The notes under the pieces are model-generated. The model did no database searches and was not told the DNA's origin. It worked only from the letters and a program-made list of their open reading frames with translations. This document shows, one piece after another, positions 8,707 through 18,763 of a stretch of DNA of 64,000 nt (its first letter is position 1; each line of letters begins with the position of its first letter). The translations under genes were made by a program, and so were the position numbers. The stretch spans positions 1,536,001 through 1,600,000 of the forward strand of contig OY776510.1 in the NCBI GenBank assembly GCA_963675665.1, given 5' to 3'. The stretch is from Spirochaetia bacterium (GTDB lineage: Bacteria; Spirochaetota; Spirochaetia; UBA9216).

Positions 8707-9897
8707 TTAATTTATTATGGTCTTCAGCGCTGAAGCCAGTTTGTAAAAGTCGTCCCGGCGGCTGAACCGTCCAAGCGAAATCCTGATTGAGCCGGATGCT
8801 CTTTTGGCCGGTCGGCCCATGGCCCTGAGTACAGCCGACTGACCCGAAAGCCTTTCGGAGCAGGCGGAGAATCTGCTGATGCAGATGTTCATTCTGTTAA
8901 GCATAAAGAGAAGTTCTTCCAGATCAACATCTGATTTAAAACTGATGCAGAGAATTCCGGGAGCACTTTTCTCCGGGGTTTCTATTGTAAATCCGAGCCC
9001 GGTTTTTTCCAGAATTGAAACGCCGTCCCTGCACAGAGCTTCAAGCATCTTTATCTCATCCTGCTGCTGCAATTTCATCAGTTTTAGCGCTTCGCACAGC
9101 GCTGCGGCTCCGGGGACGTTTTCTGTTCCCCGCCTTATTGTCGACAAGCGTATTCCCGGTCGCGACCAGATGAGTGCTGTTCCCTTCGGAGCGTAAAGTT
9201 TATGGCCGCTTATACAGAATATATCGCAGAATGGAGCCCATTCCGACGGTTGAAGCCTTGCCGCCGCCTGGACAGAGTCCAGGATAACCAGGGCCCCGAA
9301 CTTCCGGGCCGCTGCAGCAATCTCCTTTACCGGTTGTATGCTGCCGGTTTCATGGTTTACCGGCGATAATATCAGTGCGGTACTGCCGGGTCCGGGAAAT
9401 GTCCGGCTAAAAGTTTTTTCAAGCAGGGGGACGGAAAGCATGCCGTTGTAATCCACCGGCAAAGTCAGAACCGATCCGGCATAACCGCGGGGAGCAAGGG
9501 GTGTTTTTCTTGCAAGATGAAACAGCGGGTGCCTGACTGCCTGATGTTCGACTGCGGTTGTGATTATATTCAGATCGTTTTTTCTGGAGCACAGGCCGAA
9601 CAGAATTGCCGCGATTGCATCCGTACCGCTGTTGCAAAGTTCAAAACCGTCTGCATTCACGCCGAAAAAATCCGAAGCGGCTGAATTGAGCTGTTCAAGT
9701 TCGTTCCAGCCGGCTGAACCGGCGCTGTGCAGGCTGGACGGGTTTCCCCATGTTCGTCTGCAGGCCCGTTCGAAAGCGCCTATCACCCGGGGATCAACAG
9801 GTGTTGTGGCATTGTAATCCATATATACGGTTCGTTCCGGTACCCAAGGAACTGCCGCCTCCCTGATTTTGCGTCTTAACTCACATTTGCATGCCAT
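8707..9897 (-). CDS. Cysteine desulfurase-like PLP enzyme (IscS/NifS group I)
   Basis: YMDYNATT, EHQAV, NHETG, SGHK (PLP lysine), GTENV and SACS (catalytic Cys). Confidence 0.85.
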   Translation of the reverse strand: MACKCELRRKIREAAVPWVPERTVYMDYNATTPVDPRVIGAFERACRRTWGNPSSLHSAGSAGWNELEQLNSAASDFFGVNADGFELCNSGTDAIAAILFGLCSRKNDLNIITTAVEHQAVRHPLFHLARKTPLAPRGYAGSVLTLPVDYNGMLSVPLLEKTFSRTFPGPGSTALILSPVNHETGSIQPVKEIAAAARKFGALVILDSVQAAARLQPSEWAPFCDIFCISGHKLYAPKGTALIWSRPGIRLSTIRRGTENVPGAAALCEALKLMKLQQQDEIKMLEALCRDGVSILEKTGLGFTIETPEKSAPGILCISFKSDVDLEELLFMLNRMNICISRFSACSERLSGQSAVLRAMGRPAKRASGSIRISLGRFSRRDDFYKLASALKTIIN

Positions 9898-9902
9898 GGT
9901 TT

Positions 9903-9931
9903 AAAGTAGCATGGAGGCGGAGGCTTGTAAA
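9903..9931 (-). promoter_or_regulatory. Sigma70 promoter, probably giving a leaderless transcript
   Basis: TTTACA, N17, TACTTT, then AAACC and ATG; no Shine-Dalgarno. Confidence 0.5.
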
Positions 9932-9959
9932 TTGAACAAATTCATGATTTTATACTCAG

Positions 9960-11174
9960 ATGAAGAAAATGTTTCTGCGGATATTTCCTTATAAAGGCTT
10001 GCCTGTTCCCGTATATGTTTTGTTTTTTTCGAGAATAGTAAACCGGATGGGTGATTTTGTAAGATTTTTCCTGACGCTTTATCTTACAGGGTTTCTCGGT
10101 ATGGACGAAAAATCCGCGGGTTTTATAATCACTTTAAGCGGCCTTGCCTCAATGGCCGGAAATATAGCCGGAGGAAAACTTACCGATCATGCAGGCCGTA
10201 AAAAAGTGATGCTTGGGGCCCAGATTTGCAGCGCGGCTTTTATAGGCTTTTGCGGATTCATTCCTGATTCAGCGCTACTTCCTTGGCTGCTGATAGTCTC
10301 CCAGTTCTTTTGCGGAGCCGTCAGGCCGGTAAGTTCATCTATGGTTATGGATCTTACTGTTGCAGAACAGAGGCAAAAAGCTATTTCGCTTCTGTACCTC
10401 GGGATAAATATCGGGGTTGCGGTGGGTCCGCTTATAGCGGGGTTTTTATTTAATAATTTTCGGCGTTGGATTTTCTGGGGAGATGCAGCTACAACCATTA
10501 TTGCCGTACTTCTTGTTGCTTTTCTGGTCCCTGAATCAATGCCCGCTGCGGGTAATGATGAAAGTCTGCCGGAGCAGGAACGTCACGAAGAAGGATCGGT
10601 GTTCAAAGTTCTTTTAAAGCGGCCGGTGCTGGCGATCTTTCTGGCCTCGTCTGTTTTGATGGCTTTTATATATTCGCAGGCTTCATTTACGTTGCCGCTT
10701 CAGTGCAGCAAAGTCTTTCCGGGAGACGGTGCCCGTATTTTCGGAATACTTATGTCTGCCAATGCCGTTACAGTTCTTGTTCTTACACCGGTGGTACTTA
10801 AAATCTTCGGTAACCGTAAACCGCTGTCCAATCTTGTAACAGGCAGCCTCTGCTTTGCCTGGGGGTTCGGAATGCTTTACAGAATGGATGCAGGAATTTC
10901 CTGGTATCTTTTATCGACGGTAATCTGGACTGTCGGTGAAATAATAATGGTCACAAATGAAGGTGTTTTCACGGCAGCGCATTCCCCGGTCAATCACAGG
11001 GGAAGAATTAACGGAATACGTAATATGATGCACAGTGCAGGATCTGCGGCGACGCCGCTTCTTTCGGGAATCTTCATCAGCGCTGTCAGCCTTAGGGCAG
11101 TATGGCCGCTCATAATTATATTATGTCTGGTTTATCTGGCTGTAATTGCTTATCTGAATCACAGGGATTCCTGA
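9960..11174 (+). CDS. MFS transporter (MdtH-like drug/metabolite exporter)
   Basis: Motif A GKLTDHAGRKK, GINIG.AVGP, about 12 TMs. Confidence 0.9.
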   Translation: MKKMFLRIFPYKGLPVPVYVLFFSRIVNRMGDFVRFFLTLYLTGFLGMDEKSAGFIITLSGLASMAGNIAGGKLTDHAGRKKVMLGAQICSAAFIGFCGFIPDSALLPWLLIVSQFFCGAVRPVSSSMVMDLTVAEQRQKAISLLYLGINIGVAVGPLIAGFLFNNFRRWIFWGDAATTIIAVLLVAFLVPESMPAAGNDESLPEQERHEEGSVFKVLLKRPVLAIFLASSVLMAFIYSQASFTLPLQCSKVFPGDGARIFGILMSANAVTVLVLTPVVLKIFGNRKPLSNLVTGSLCFAWGFGMLYRMDAGISWYLLSTVIWTVGEIIMVTNEGVFTAAHSPVNHRGRINGIRNMMHSAGSAATPLLSGIFISAVSLRAVWPLIIILCLVYLAVIAYLNHRDS

Positions 11175-13449
11175 AAGTGGTTCCTATGACCGCGGGAAGC
11201 AGTATAAGTGTTCCGAGCATTGTGAAAGTGAGCGAGAAACAAATTAGAAGCCCGAAGTAGACTATACCCAGAAAATTGGATAACATCAGGAAAAGCAGTC
11301 CCCCGACTATGGATATGGTTGTATGAAGAATGGGCCGGCCCGCTTCCATATGCGTCAGCTCAATGGCCTTCTCAATTTTACAGCAGAGTTTCAGGTTCTT
11401 TTTAAAATGGATGTTATAGTGAATAGCATCGTCTACTCCTACACCAATAACAATCGATGAAACCATAAGCGTCAGCATATCCAGAGGAATCTGCATAATA
11501 GCCATAAAGCTGAAGTTCAGCATCAGGCCGGTGAACAGCGGAAGCAGAGTAAGCAAGGCATATTTTATACTTCTGAATGTTAAACACGATACAAAGCAGA
11601 CAAAAATAATCGCTATTATTGTTGATGTAACCTGCCCCCTGTTCAGCAAATCAGCAAGGTAGAGAAATCTGAAATCCGATGACCATAAATCCGGGTTAAG
11701 GCTGGTCAGTTCCAAATTGATTTTATTCTCTACCCTGTTTACAAGTGAACGAAGAGAATCTTCGGAAAGGCCTATGCTCCTTTCCTTATTATAAATCCTG
11801 AATGTTATTGTGATTTGTGAAAAATCTTCATTTGCCAGTTTCTGCAGGTTTGCATTGCCGGCATCTTCGGCTCTTATCAGTTTCAGATATCGAGCAAGAA
11901 GATTAATTAATCCCTTGCTTTCGGGAATTTCATGTTCATTTTTCATCAGATAATTAAGTTCGCGAATAAAAAATGCGACGGAAGATACGGAGATTATATC
12001 GTCGTCTTCAAGCAGCTCAAGCTCAAAATCTGAAATTTTCTTTAAAATATCCGGTTGCAGAAAAAATCCCGGCTCATTGTCCGGACTGTGAAGGGAAAGG
12101 TTCAGCACCTGGTACCCTCCGGTTTTCATCGTGATGTAGCTTGTTTCATTTACTACGGAATCGTCTTCGGGAAAATAAGACAGGTAATCCGACTGCGAGG
12201 GTATTTGCGGGTATAAGTAAATAAACAGAATCGTAATTGCGAGAATAACAGCAATGAACACTTTCTTGTATTTAAATACCCACAATCCCAGTTTTCCCAT
12301 AAGTCTTGCAAACAACCCGCTTCGCATGTTTTCCTTCTGGGATTCCGTAGGGGGAGTTATTTTGGAAAGAACGGCCGGCATGTAAAATACCGTCAACAGC
12401 ATGCATGAAATGATTCCAAAGCTGGTAACTATGCCGAATTCCCTTGTCTGATCCAGGGGAGTAAACAACAGACTGATAAAGCCGATTACTGTTGTAAGAC
12501 ATGCAAACATTATAGTTTTATTGACATGCAGGGTGGCATCGACTATCCATTTCCGATCTTTCCGGTCGGGCTGCGATTCCCGATAGTATTGATTGAGTAT
12601 ATGGATGGCATATGAGCTCCCGATTGTCAGTACCAGGGGCGGTATAATAAGGCTTATCATATTCAGCTTGTATCCCAGGATACTCATTAAACCGACCGAC
12701 CAGATTGTTCCCATGACTACAACCGACATCGGAAGAAGAAAACTGCGCTTTGATTTAAATCCGAGATAAAATGAAGCAAGCATAAAAAGAAAGGCAAACA
12801 ATACAAGCTTGCCCAAATCGTTGAGCAGGTACGTATTGCACCGATCAGAGATGGGAACATCTCCGGTAGTGTAAACTGTAAAGTAAGACTCGAGCTTGTG
12901 TTTTATTTCTCCGTAGTCTTTCATAAACCCGGCAGCTTCATCGGTCAGCGGGCGGCATGGAAAACCTATGCTCAGCATGGTTCCGTCTTCGGAGATCATT
13001 GAACCGGAATAGAACGGGTTTCCGATCAGGTTCACTTTGAATTGTTCCAGTTCTTTTTCGGTTCCCGGGGCCTTTCCTGAAGGGGCAAGGGGGTGAACTG
13101 CAAGCCGGCCCCCTTCGTTTGAGAATGTCATGGTACTGAAAGGGTTTATGCCCGGGGTAATTCCCGGAAGTTTTTCAATATCGGCAATAGCTTTTTCAAG
13201 TGTCTGAAGGCCTTCCAGTGTAAACAGGTTGTCGCTTTCAACTGCAAAAAGAAAATAGCCGGAAAGAGATGAATCAGATTCATACTTTTCGAGCATCTCA
13301 ACTACCTTGCTGTGTTCGGGAACAAGGTTTTCAGCCGACGGGTCAATGTCGACATTTGAAGCTTTGAATGCAAACAGAAGAGTTATAGCCAGAGTGAGAG
13401 TGATGACGATATTGGAATGTTCAAATGCGTAATGGAATATTCTTCTCAT
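11116..13449 (-). CDS. MMPL/RND-family transporter
   Basis: Two repeats of a periplasmic domain plus TM bundle; TIGSSYAIH and GVGVDDAIH motifs. Confidence 0.88.
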   Translation of the reverse strand: MRRIFHYAFEHSNIVITLTLAITLLFAFKASNVDIDPSAENLVPEHSKVVEMLEKYESDSSLSGYFLFAVESDNLFTLEGLQTLEKAIADIEKLPGITPGINPFSTMTFSNEGGRLAVHPLAPSGKAPGTEKELEQFKVNLIGNPFYSGSMISEDGTMLSIGFPCRPLTDEAAGFMKDYGEIKHKLESYFTVYTTGDVPISDRCNTYLLNDLGKLVLFAFLFMLASFYLGFKSKRSFLLPMSVVVMGTIWSVGLMSILGYKLNMISLIIPPLVLTIGSSYAIHILNQYYRESQPDRKDRKWIVDATLHVNKTIMFACLTTVIGFISLLFTPLDQTREFGIVTSFGIISCMLLTVFYMPAVLSKITPPTESQKENMRSGLFARLMGKLGLWVFKYKKVFIAVILAITILFIYLYPQIPSQSDYLSYFPEDDSVVNETSYITMKTGGYQVLNLSLHSPDNEPGFFLQPDILKKISDFELELLEDDDIISVSSVAFFIRELNYLMKNEHEIPESKGLINLLARYLKLIRAEDAGNANLQKLANEDFSQITITFRIYNKERSIGLSEDSLRSLVNRVENKINLELTSLNPDLWSSDFRFLYLADLLNRGQVTSTIIAIIFVCFVSCLTFRSIKYALLTLLPLFTGLMLNFSFMAIMQIPLDMLTLMVSSIVIGVGVDDAIHYNIHFKKNLKLCCKIEKAIELTHMEAGRPILHTTISIVGGLLFLMLSNFLGIVYFGLLICFSLTFTMLGTLILLPAVIGTTFRNPCDSDKQLQPDKPDII

Positions 13450-13556
13450 TTTCTCCGTGCGAATTGTATCAGAATTCCAGACAAAAGAGTATCCGAATTA
13501 TTAAAAAAGCATGAATTCACAAATAAACATGAGCGGGATGTTAAGTTCCGATTTAT

Positions 13557-13597
13557 AAAAAAAGCCGTCGGCTTTGCTGAAAGGCAAAACTGACGGC
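13557..13597 (-). terminator. Intrinsic terminator of the lipoprotein gene
   Basis: GCCGTC...TTTGC/GCAAA...GACGGC stem followed by T7 on the minus strand. Confidence 0.75.
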
Positions 13598-13618
13598 GAA
13601 TATTAAGGGTAACAGATT

Positions 13619-14179
13619 CTAGTCAAAAGAAAACAGACTGCCGAGGCCGCCGAAAACACCGTCTGCATTCAGGTTGGGTGCTATGTTTGTTTTATCCAGA
13701 CCGCCGGCAGCTTTCAGGTATCTTACCGTGTCGGCTCTTTCCTGATCAACTGTTCCGAGGTCTACAAGTTTGAGGGCTTTTCCTCTAACAGTAACAGTCT
13801 CTTTAATTAGAATAATATTGTTGGTGCTTGATGAGTATATTGATGTTACATAAATACCGTCGGCTCCGACAGTTTTCATCGCATCATAAGCAGCGCATCT
13901 GGCGCCCACATCGTTTGAAGCGGTTCCGAAGATACTGGCAATACTTGTTGCCGGGGTGTCGCCCAATGGAAGGTACCCGAAAAGTTTTGAATATTCGACG
14001 GTCCCTTCGACGTCTCCGATAATTTCGTAAGCTACTTCAGAAGGTCTTGCCCACATTGAGTTTGTTTCAGTGCTTAATGCAATATCGTCTTTCATGAGAG
14101 GCTTTTTATCATAAGTGGTACATGCGGACATTCCGAGTACGATCACTGCAAGCAGCGCAAAAATGATTAGTTTTTTCAT
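13619..14179 (-). CDS. Lipoprotein of unknown function
   Basis: MKKLIIFALLAVIVLGMSAC lipobox; GAGGAG RBS. Confidence 0.8.
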   Translation of the reverse strand: MKKLIIFALLAVIVLGMSACTTYDKKPLMKDDIALSTETNSMWARPSEVAYEIIGDVEGTVEYSKLFGYLPLGDTPATSIASIFGTASNDVGARCAAYDAMKTVGADGIYVTSIYSSSTNNIILIKETVTVRGKALKLVDLGTVDQERADTVRYLKAAGGLDKTNIAPNLNADGVFGGLGSLFSFD

Positions 14180-14326
14180 TTTTTCATCTCCTCTTGATTT
14201 ATATTATGAATATAGCGTTATAGATAAAATTGATCAATGAGAATCTTTTAAAATATGGAATTCCTTTCAGGTAAAACATGGTTTTCCGGAATTCAATGAA
14301 AGGTTTTTCATAAAGTAATTTTTTTC

Positions 14327-14362
14327 TTGACAATTTAAGATTATATTGTTATAACAATATAA
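14327..14362 (+). promoter_or_regulatory. Sigma70 promoter overlapped by a perfect 22-bp palindromic operator
   Basis: TTGACA (14327), N17, TATAAC (14350). Palindrome TTATATTGTTATAACAATATAA at 14341-14362. Confidence 0.8.
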
Positions 14363-14517
14363 TAAATAGGCAGGCGGCATCATTCGAATGCAGCCGCGGA
14401 AAGTTATATACCGTTGTTATTAAATAAGCTTGATATTAAGGCCGTTTCGTTTAGGTTGAGTTTATAAAAAGAAAGCACCGGCAAAACAGGAACTGTTAAA
14501 AAGGAACAAGTGAAAAC

Positions 14518-15720
14518 ATGATCGACACAAAACGATTACAAACTATTAAAAAAATATATCACCGTGTTTTGGAAAAAGATGTAATTCCTTTTTGGCTGCA
14601 AAATTCTCTCGATGAGAAAAACGGCGGTTACTATAATTATCTGGATAGGGATGGAGAAGTTTTAAGCAGGGATAAATCAGTCTGGCTTCAGAATCGCGAA
14701 ATGTGGTTTTTCTCAAAGATTTATAATGAGATTGAACACCGTGAAGATTGGAAAGATGCGGCGGCTCTTGGATATAACTTTATCGGGAAACATTGTTTGG
14801 ATAACGACGGAAGAATGTTTTTTCTGGTAGATGAACAGGGCCGTAAACTTCGCAAGAGGCGCTATTGGCTGACTGATACTTTTGCAGTTCTCGGGTTTAG
14901 TCAGTATTCAGTTGCGTCAGGAGACTATAAGGCTCTCAGGGCGGCACGGCGTTCTTTTGATAAAATTATTGACTTGTATGAGAAACCGGAAGGTTTGGAG
15001 CCGAAGTTTTTTATTGAAAACAGATCTATGAAAGCATTAGTTGCACCAATGCTATTGATGTCGACTGCCCAGGAAATCAGGCAAGTTGATAAAGACTATA
15101 CTGAAAAATATAACAAAGTGATTGATACCTGCATCTGTGAAGTGAAAAATAATTTTTATAAAAAAGAAGAAGGTGCTTTGCTTGAGACAGTGTTGTCTGA
15201 TGGGCAGATTTTAAATAATCCTGAAGGAAGAATTGTAAACCCGGGACACTCTATTGAGACATCATGGTTTCTGATGAATGAAGCTTTATACAGAAAAGAT
15301 AAAGATCTTTTTTATTTGGCTCTGGAGATTCTAAATTGTTCCTATGAAAGAGGCTGGGATAACGAGTATGGCGGAATCCTGACTTTCACTGATCTTTGGG
15401 GAAAACCAAGCCCAAGGCTGGAGTGGGATATGAAATTCTGGTGGACACATACCGAAAGTCTGTTTGCCATGCTGCTTGCTTATATAGCAACACAGGATGA
15501 TTCATATCTGGCTAAATATGAGAAATTACACAAGTGGACTTTCGATTATTTTCCTGATTGTGAATATGGTGAATGGTTCGGGTACCTGCACAGAGATGGC
15601 AGCATTTCTTCTCAGATTAAGGGTTCAGAATGGAAAGGGACACTGCATTTACCCAGACTGTTATTAAACGGAATTAATTGTATTGATAATTATTCTCAGA
15701 TAGGTGCCATATTCGGTTGA
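14518..15720 (+). CDS. N-acylglucosamine 2-epimerase (AGE) family protein 1
   Basis: PFW...S.D...GGY, KSVWLQNR, NPGHSIE, KFWWTHTE, GEWFGYLHRDG, KGSEWKG.LH.PR. Confidence 0.92.
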   Translation: MIDTKRLQTIKKIYHRVLEKDVIPFWLQNSLDEKNGGYYNYLDRDGEVLSRDKSVWLQNREMWFFSKIYNEIEHREDWKDAAALGYNFIGKHCLDNDGRMFFLVDEQGRKLRKRRYWLTDTFAVLGFSQYSVASGDYKALRAARRSFDKIIDLYEKPEGLEPKFFIENRSMKALVAPMLLMSTAQEIRQVDKDYTEKYNKVIDTCICEVKNNFYKKEEGALLETVLSDGQILNNPEGRIVNPGHSIETSWFLMNEALYRKDKDLFYLALEILNCSYERGWDNEYGGILTFTDLWGKPSPRLEWDMKFWWTHTESLFAMLLAYIATQDDSYLAKYEKLHKWTFDYFPDCEYGEWFGYLHRDGSISSQIKGSEWKGTLHLPRLLLNGINCIDNYSQIGAIFG

Positions 15721-15836
15721 TTTCATGATTTGGCGGCGGATTGTCGGGGAGTATTATCAAGTGACATAACAAGCCTGTTGCTTGAAAGATCAGAGCTTGT
15801 AAAAAACTGATAGATAAGGGGTATTTTTAAGTTGAT

Positions 15837-15926
15837 TAAGAACGTTCTTACCATGTGTCAATAATATGATATCGAAAATAGTTAAATAGATATTAGATAT
15901 AGAAATAAAATATAAGAACGTTAATG
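15837..15926. promoter_or_regulatory. Pair of LacI-type operators
   Basis: Perfect palindrome TAAGAACGTTCTTA (15837-15850) and partial copy TAAGAACGTTAATG (15913-15926), upstream of the pfkB-lacI unit. Confidence 0.7.
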
Positions 15927-15973
15927 TTCAAGTGATTTAGGAGTACGTCTTTTATAATGTGTCGGGAGGACTT

Positions 15974-16864
15974 GTGAATAAGGTTTTAGTTTTCGGGATG
16001 GTGTTGTTTGACTCGATAAACGGGAAAAACTACATTGGGGGTCCGCCTCTCAATGTAACATTGCATATGGCCAGACAGGGCTTTCCTTCAATATTTATTT
16101 CTTCTGTTGGTAATGATGAGCTTGGAGTAATTGCAAAGTCCGTGTTGAAGGAAGAAGGGGTTTCTGCAGAATACGTAAAGACCGATTTACATGAAACAGG
16201 CAAGGCTGTTGCAGTTATCGATGATAATGGAATTCCTGCTTTCAATATAAAAAAGGATGTGGCCTACGATTATATTACCCTGGAGAAGGAAGAACTGGAT
16301 CGTTTATCCCATGAATATTTTGATATGCTTTACTTTGGAACAGTTGAACAACGTGGTGCGGTAACATCGGAAACATTGAAGAAAATACTGAGTCGAGTGA
16401 AGTTTAAGAATATATTCTACGATATCAATTTAAGGAAAGGGCATTTTACCCGGGAGGTTATAGATTTCTCTTTAAATAATACCAGTATTTTCAAGTTGAA
16501 TGATGAAGAAGTGATGATGCTGGATCGGATATTCGGTCTGGACCTGAATGATGAAAAAAGAATTGTTGATTGGTTATTTAATACTTATAGCATCGATGTC
16601 ATAGTTATTACCAGGGGAAGGCAGGGCGCCAGTGTTTTTACGCGTATATCTATACACGACATAGATGGAATTAAAATTGAAGTTAAAGATACAGTGGGTT
16701 CTGGAGATGCATTTTCTGCCGGTTTCATTACAGAATATCTGAAAAGCGGTGATGTGGTTGCAGCAGCTAAAAAAGGTAATGGACTCGGTGCATATGTTGC
16801 CGCGCACTCCGGGGCTGTACCGGGGTTGGAAAAGAGTAAAACAAAAGCGAAGGTAGCGAAATGA
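15974..16864 (+). CDS. PfkB-family carbohydrate kinase (fructokinase-like)
   Basis: GGPPLNV, DINLR, and DTVGSGDAFSAGF signature. GTG start after GGGAGG. Confidence 0.92.
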   Translation: MNKVLVFGMVLFDSINGKNYIGGPPLNVTLHMARQGFPSIFISSVGNDELGVIAKSVLKEEGVSAEYVKTDLHETGKAVAVIDDNGIPAFNIKKDVAYDYITLEKEELDRLSHEYFDMLYFGTVEQRGAVTSETLKKILSRVKFKNIFYDINLRKGHFTREVIDFSLNNTSIFKLNDEEVMMLDRIFGLDLNDEKRIVDWLFNTYSIDVIVITRGRQGASVFTRISIHDIDGIKIEVKDTVGSGDAFSAGFITEYLKSGDVVAAAKKGNGLGAYVAAHSGAVPGLEKSKTKAKVAK

Positions 16865-17889
16865 CTACCATAATGGATGTTGAGACCAGGAGCGGTGTTT
16901 CCCGTTCAACCATATCCCGATATCTGAACGGCAAGCCGGTGACAAGTCAAAATCGGCAAAAGATAGAACAGGCTATAAAAGAACTTTCATACCGGCGCAA
17001 TCCCATGGCGAGTGGTCTTAAGACAAGCAAGACATATACTGTAGGTGTAGTATTGCCGGAGATCACCGACCCTTATTTTCCAAGACTTGTAAAATATTTT
17101 CAAAATTATATGCATGAAAACGGGTATCAGACTATTTTTAACAGTTACGGCAACGATCCTGAACTTGAAATTGAACATGTAAAAACCCTGGCAAACAAGC
17201 GTGTGGACGGGCTTGTTGTGGCTACCATAAACAGGAAAGGAAATCATATCAGGGAGTGCCTGGATGCCGGATTGCCGGTGGTACTGTTTGACAGGCTTAT
17301 AGAAGGGTTGGATTGCGACAGTGTAACGGTAGATAACTACCAGGCAGTATACGACGCGATTTCCCTGTGTATACGAAAGGGCCACCGGAAAATCGGTTTT
17401 GTAGGTGGTTCGGAATACTACACAGATATAACAAGGTTTCGGGGGCTTTGTGATGCGTTGGGAAATGCAGGGATAAGTCTCCGGGAAGAATATATCAACT
17501 TCGCAAATATTTTGGAGCATGATGCTACCCGTCAGTTTATGCGACTGATGACTCTCACAGACCCGCCGACGCTGATTTTTTGCTCAAATATCTATCATGC
17601 ATTGGGAGCCTTTGAAGCGATGCTGCAGTACGATCTTGTGATTCCCCGGGATGTATCCGTTATTACTTTCGACAGACTTTCGGCCTCTCCTTATTACGGT
17701 TTTATACAGTGCATACATCCCGAATTTGCGAGTATTTGTCAGCCGCACAAAGAGCTCAGTTTGCAAACGGCAAAGACGCTGTTGAAAAGAATCCAATTCG
17801 GTATGGATAATTTCGAACCCATGCGACTCGAACTGAAGACAAGTTTTTATATGACCGAATCTGTTGCAGATATCAAGGAAGATTCATGA
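16861..17889 (+). CDS. LacI-family transcriptional regulator
   Basis: TIMDV...SGVSRSTISRYLNG HTH, YRRNPMA hinge, sugar-binding domain (IPRDVSVITFD). Confidence 0.93.
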   Translation: MTTIMDVETRSGVSRSTISRYLNGKPVTSQNRQKIEQAIKELSYRRNPMASGLKTSKTYTVGVVLPEITDPYFPRLVKYFQNYMHENGYQTIFNSYGNDPELEIEHVKTLANKRVDGLVVATINRKGNHIRECLDAGLPVVLFDRLIEGLDCDSVTVDNYQAVYDAISLCIRKGHRKIGFVGGSEYYTDITRFRGLCDALGNAGISLREEYINFANILEHDATRQFMRLMTLTDPPTLIFCSNIYHALGAFEAMLQYDLVIPRDVSVITFDRLSASPYYGFIQCIHPEFASICQPHKELSLQTAKTLLKRIQFGMDNFEPMRLELKTSFYMTESVADIKEDS

Positions 17890-17979
17890 TTTATGTGAGA
17901 AAAACAAAAGGGTAAATGAAAAAGGATTTGACTCTCATAGAGAGATGGTAACTTAAATTGAAAATTTGGAGGATTATTA

Positions 17980-18729
17980 ATGATTAAAATTTTGTATGCA
18001 GGCGATTATGCCTTGATATCGCACACGTACATCAAGGGTATGAATTCATGGACTTCGGGAGAAGCGTTTGATGAGCGGAACTTCCTGCTTGAACCGATGA
18101 AAGCGGACACTGAACTTGAGATCAATTATCTACCGACACCTTATATTTCGAAAGATTTTCCCTGCACAAAGGAAGAGCTTGGCAAATACGATGTTGTTAT
18201 GATCAGCGATGTCGGTACGGATACGTTGCTGCTTTACCCGGATATATTCAAGATACCGATGGGTGAGAACAGGTTAAAGCTTATTTCTGAATATGTGAAA
18301 GAAGGCGGCGGTTTTATGGCGGTCGGCGGATGGATGTCGTTCGGCGGGAAAATGGGTCAGGGCAAGTTTCACGGAACACTGTTGGAAGACGTGTTAAATA
18401 TCAACTGCAGTCCCTACGATGACCGCGTGGAAGTGCCTGAAGGATTAAAGTACAACCCAGTCAAAGCTGAGCACCCTCTGATCGAAGGTATGGATTGGGA
18501 TAAATCTCCGTTACTGTTTCTCGGGTATAACCAATTTGAAGCTAGAGACAAGGACGGTGTTATTGCAGAATGGAACGGCGACCCGATGATGGTTGTTAAT
18601 AAATACGGAAAAGGCAGAACTCTGGCATTTGCATCAGATCTTGCACCTCATTGGGGCCAGGGATTTGTCGAATGGGATAATTATACAAGGTTCTGGAGCA
18701 AGTGCTTCAGATGGCTTGCAAACAGGTGA
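17980..18729 (+). CDS. DUF1355 / glutamine amidotransferase-like protein 1
   Basis: FP...EEL..YDVV.ISDVG..TLLL, GGGF.A.GG.MSF, DDRVE.PEG, GYN and SD.APHW motifs. Confidence 0.85.
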   Translation: MIKILYAGDYALISHTYIKGMNSWTSGEAFDERNFLLEPMKADTELEINYLPTPYISKDFPCTKEELGKYDVVMISDVGTDTLLLYPDIFKIPMGENRLKLISEYVKEGGGFMAVGGWMSFGGKMGQGKFHGTLLEDVLNINCSPYDDRVEVPEGLKYNPVKAEHPLIEGMDWDKSPLLFLGYNQFEARDKDGVIAEWNGDPMMVVNKYGKGRTLAFASDLAPHWGQGFVEWDNYTRFWSKCFRWLANR

Positions 18730-18763
18730 AAGAGATAAAATATGGTTTTTGGAGGTTCTTTAG

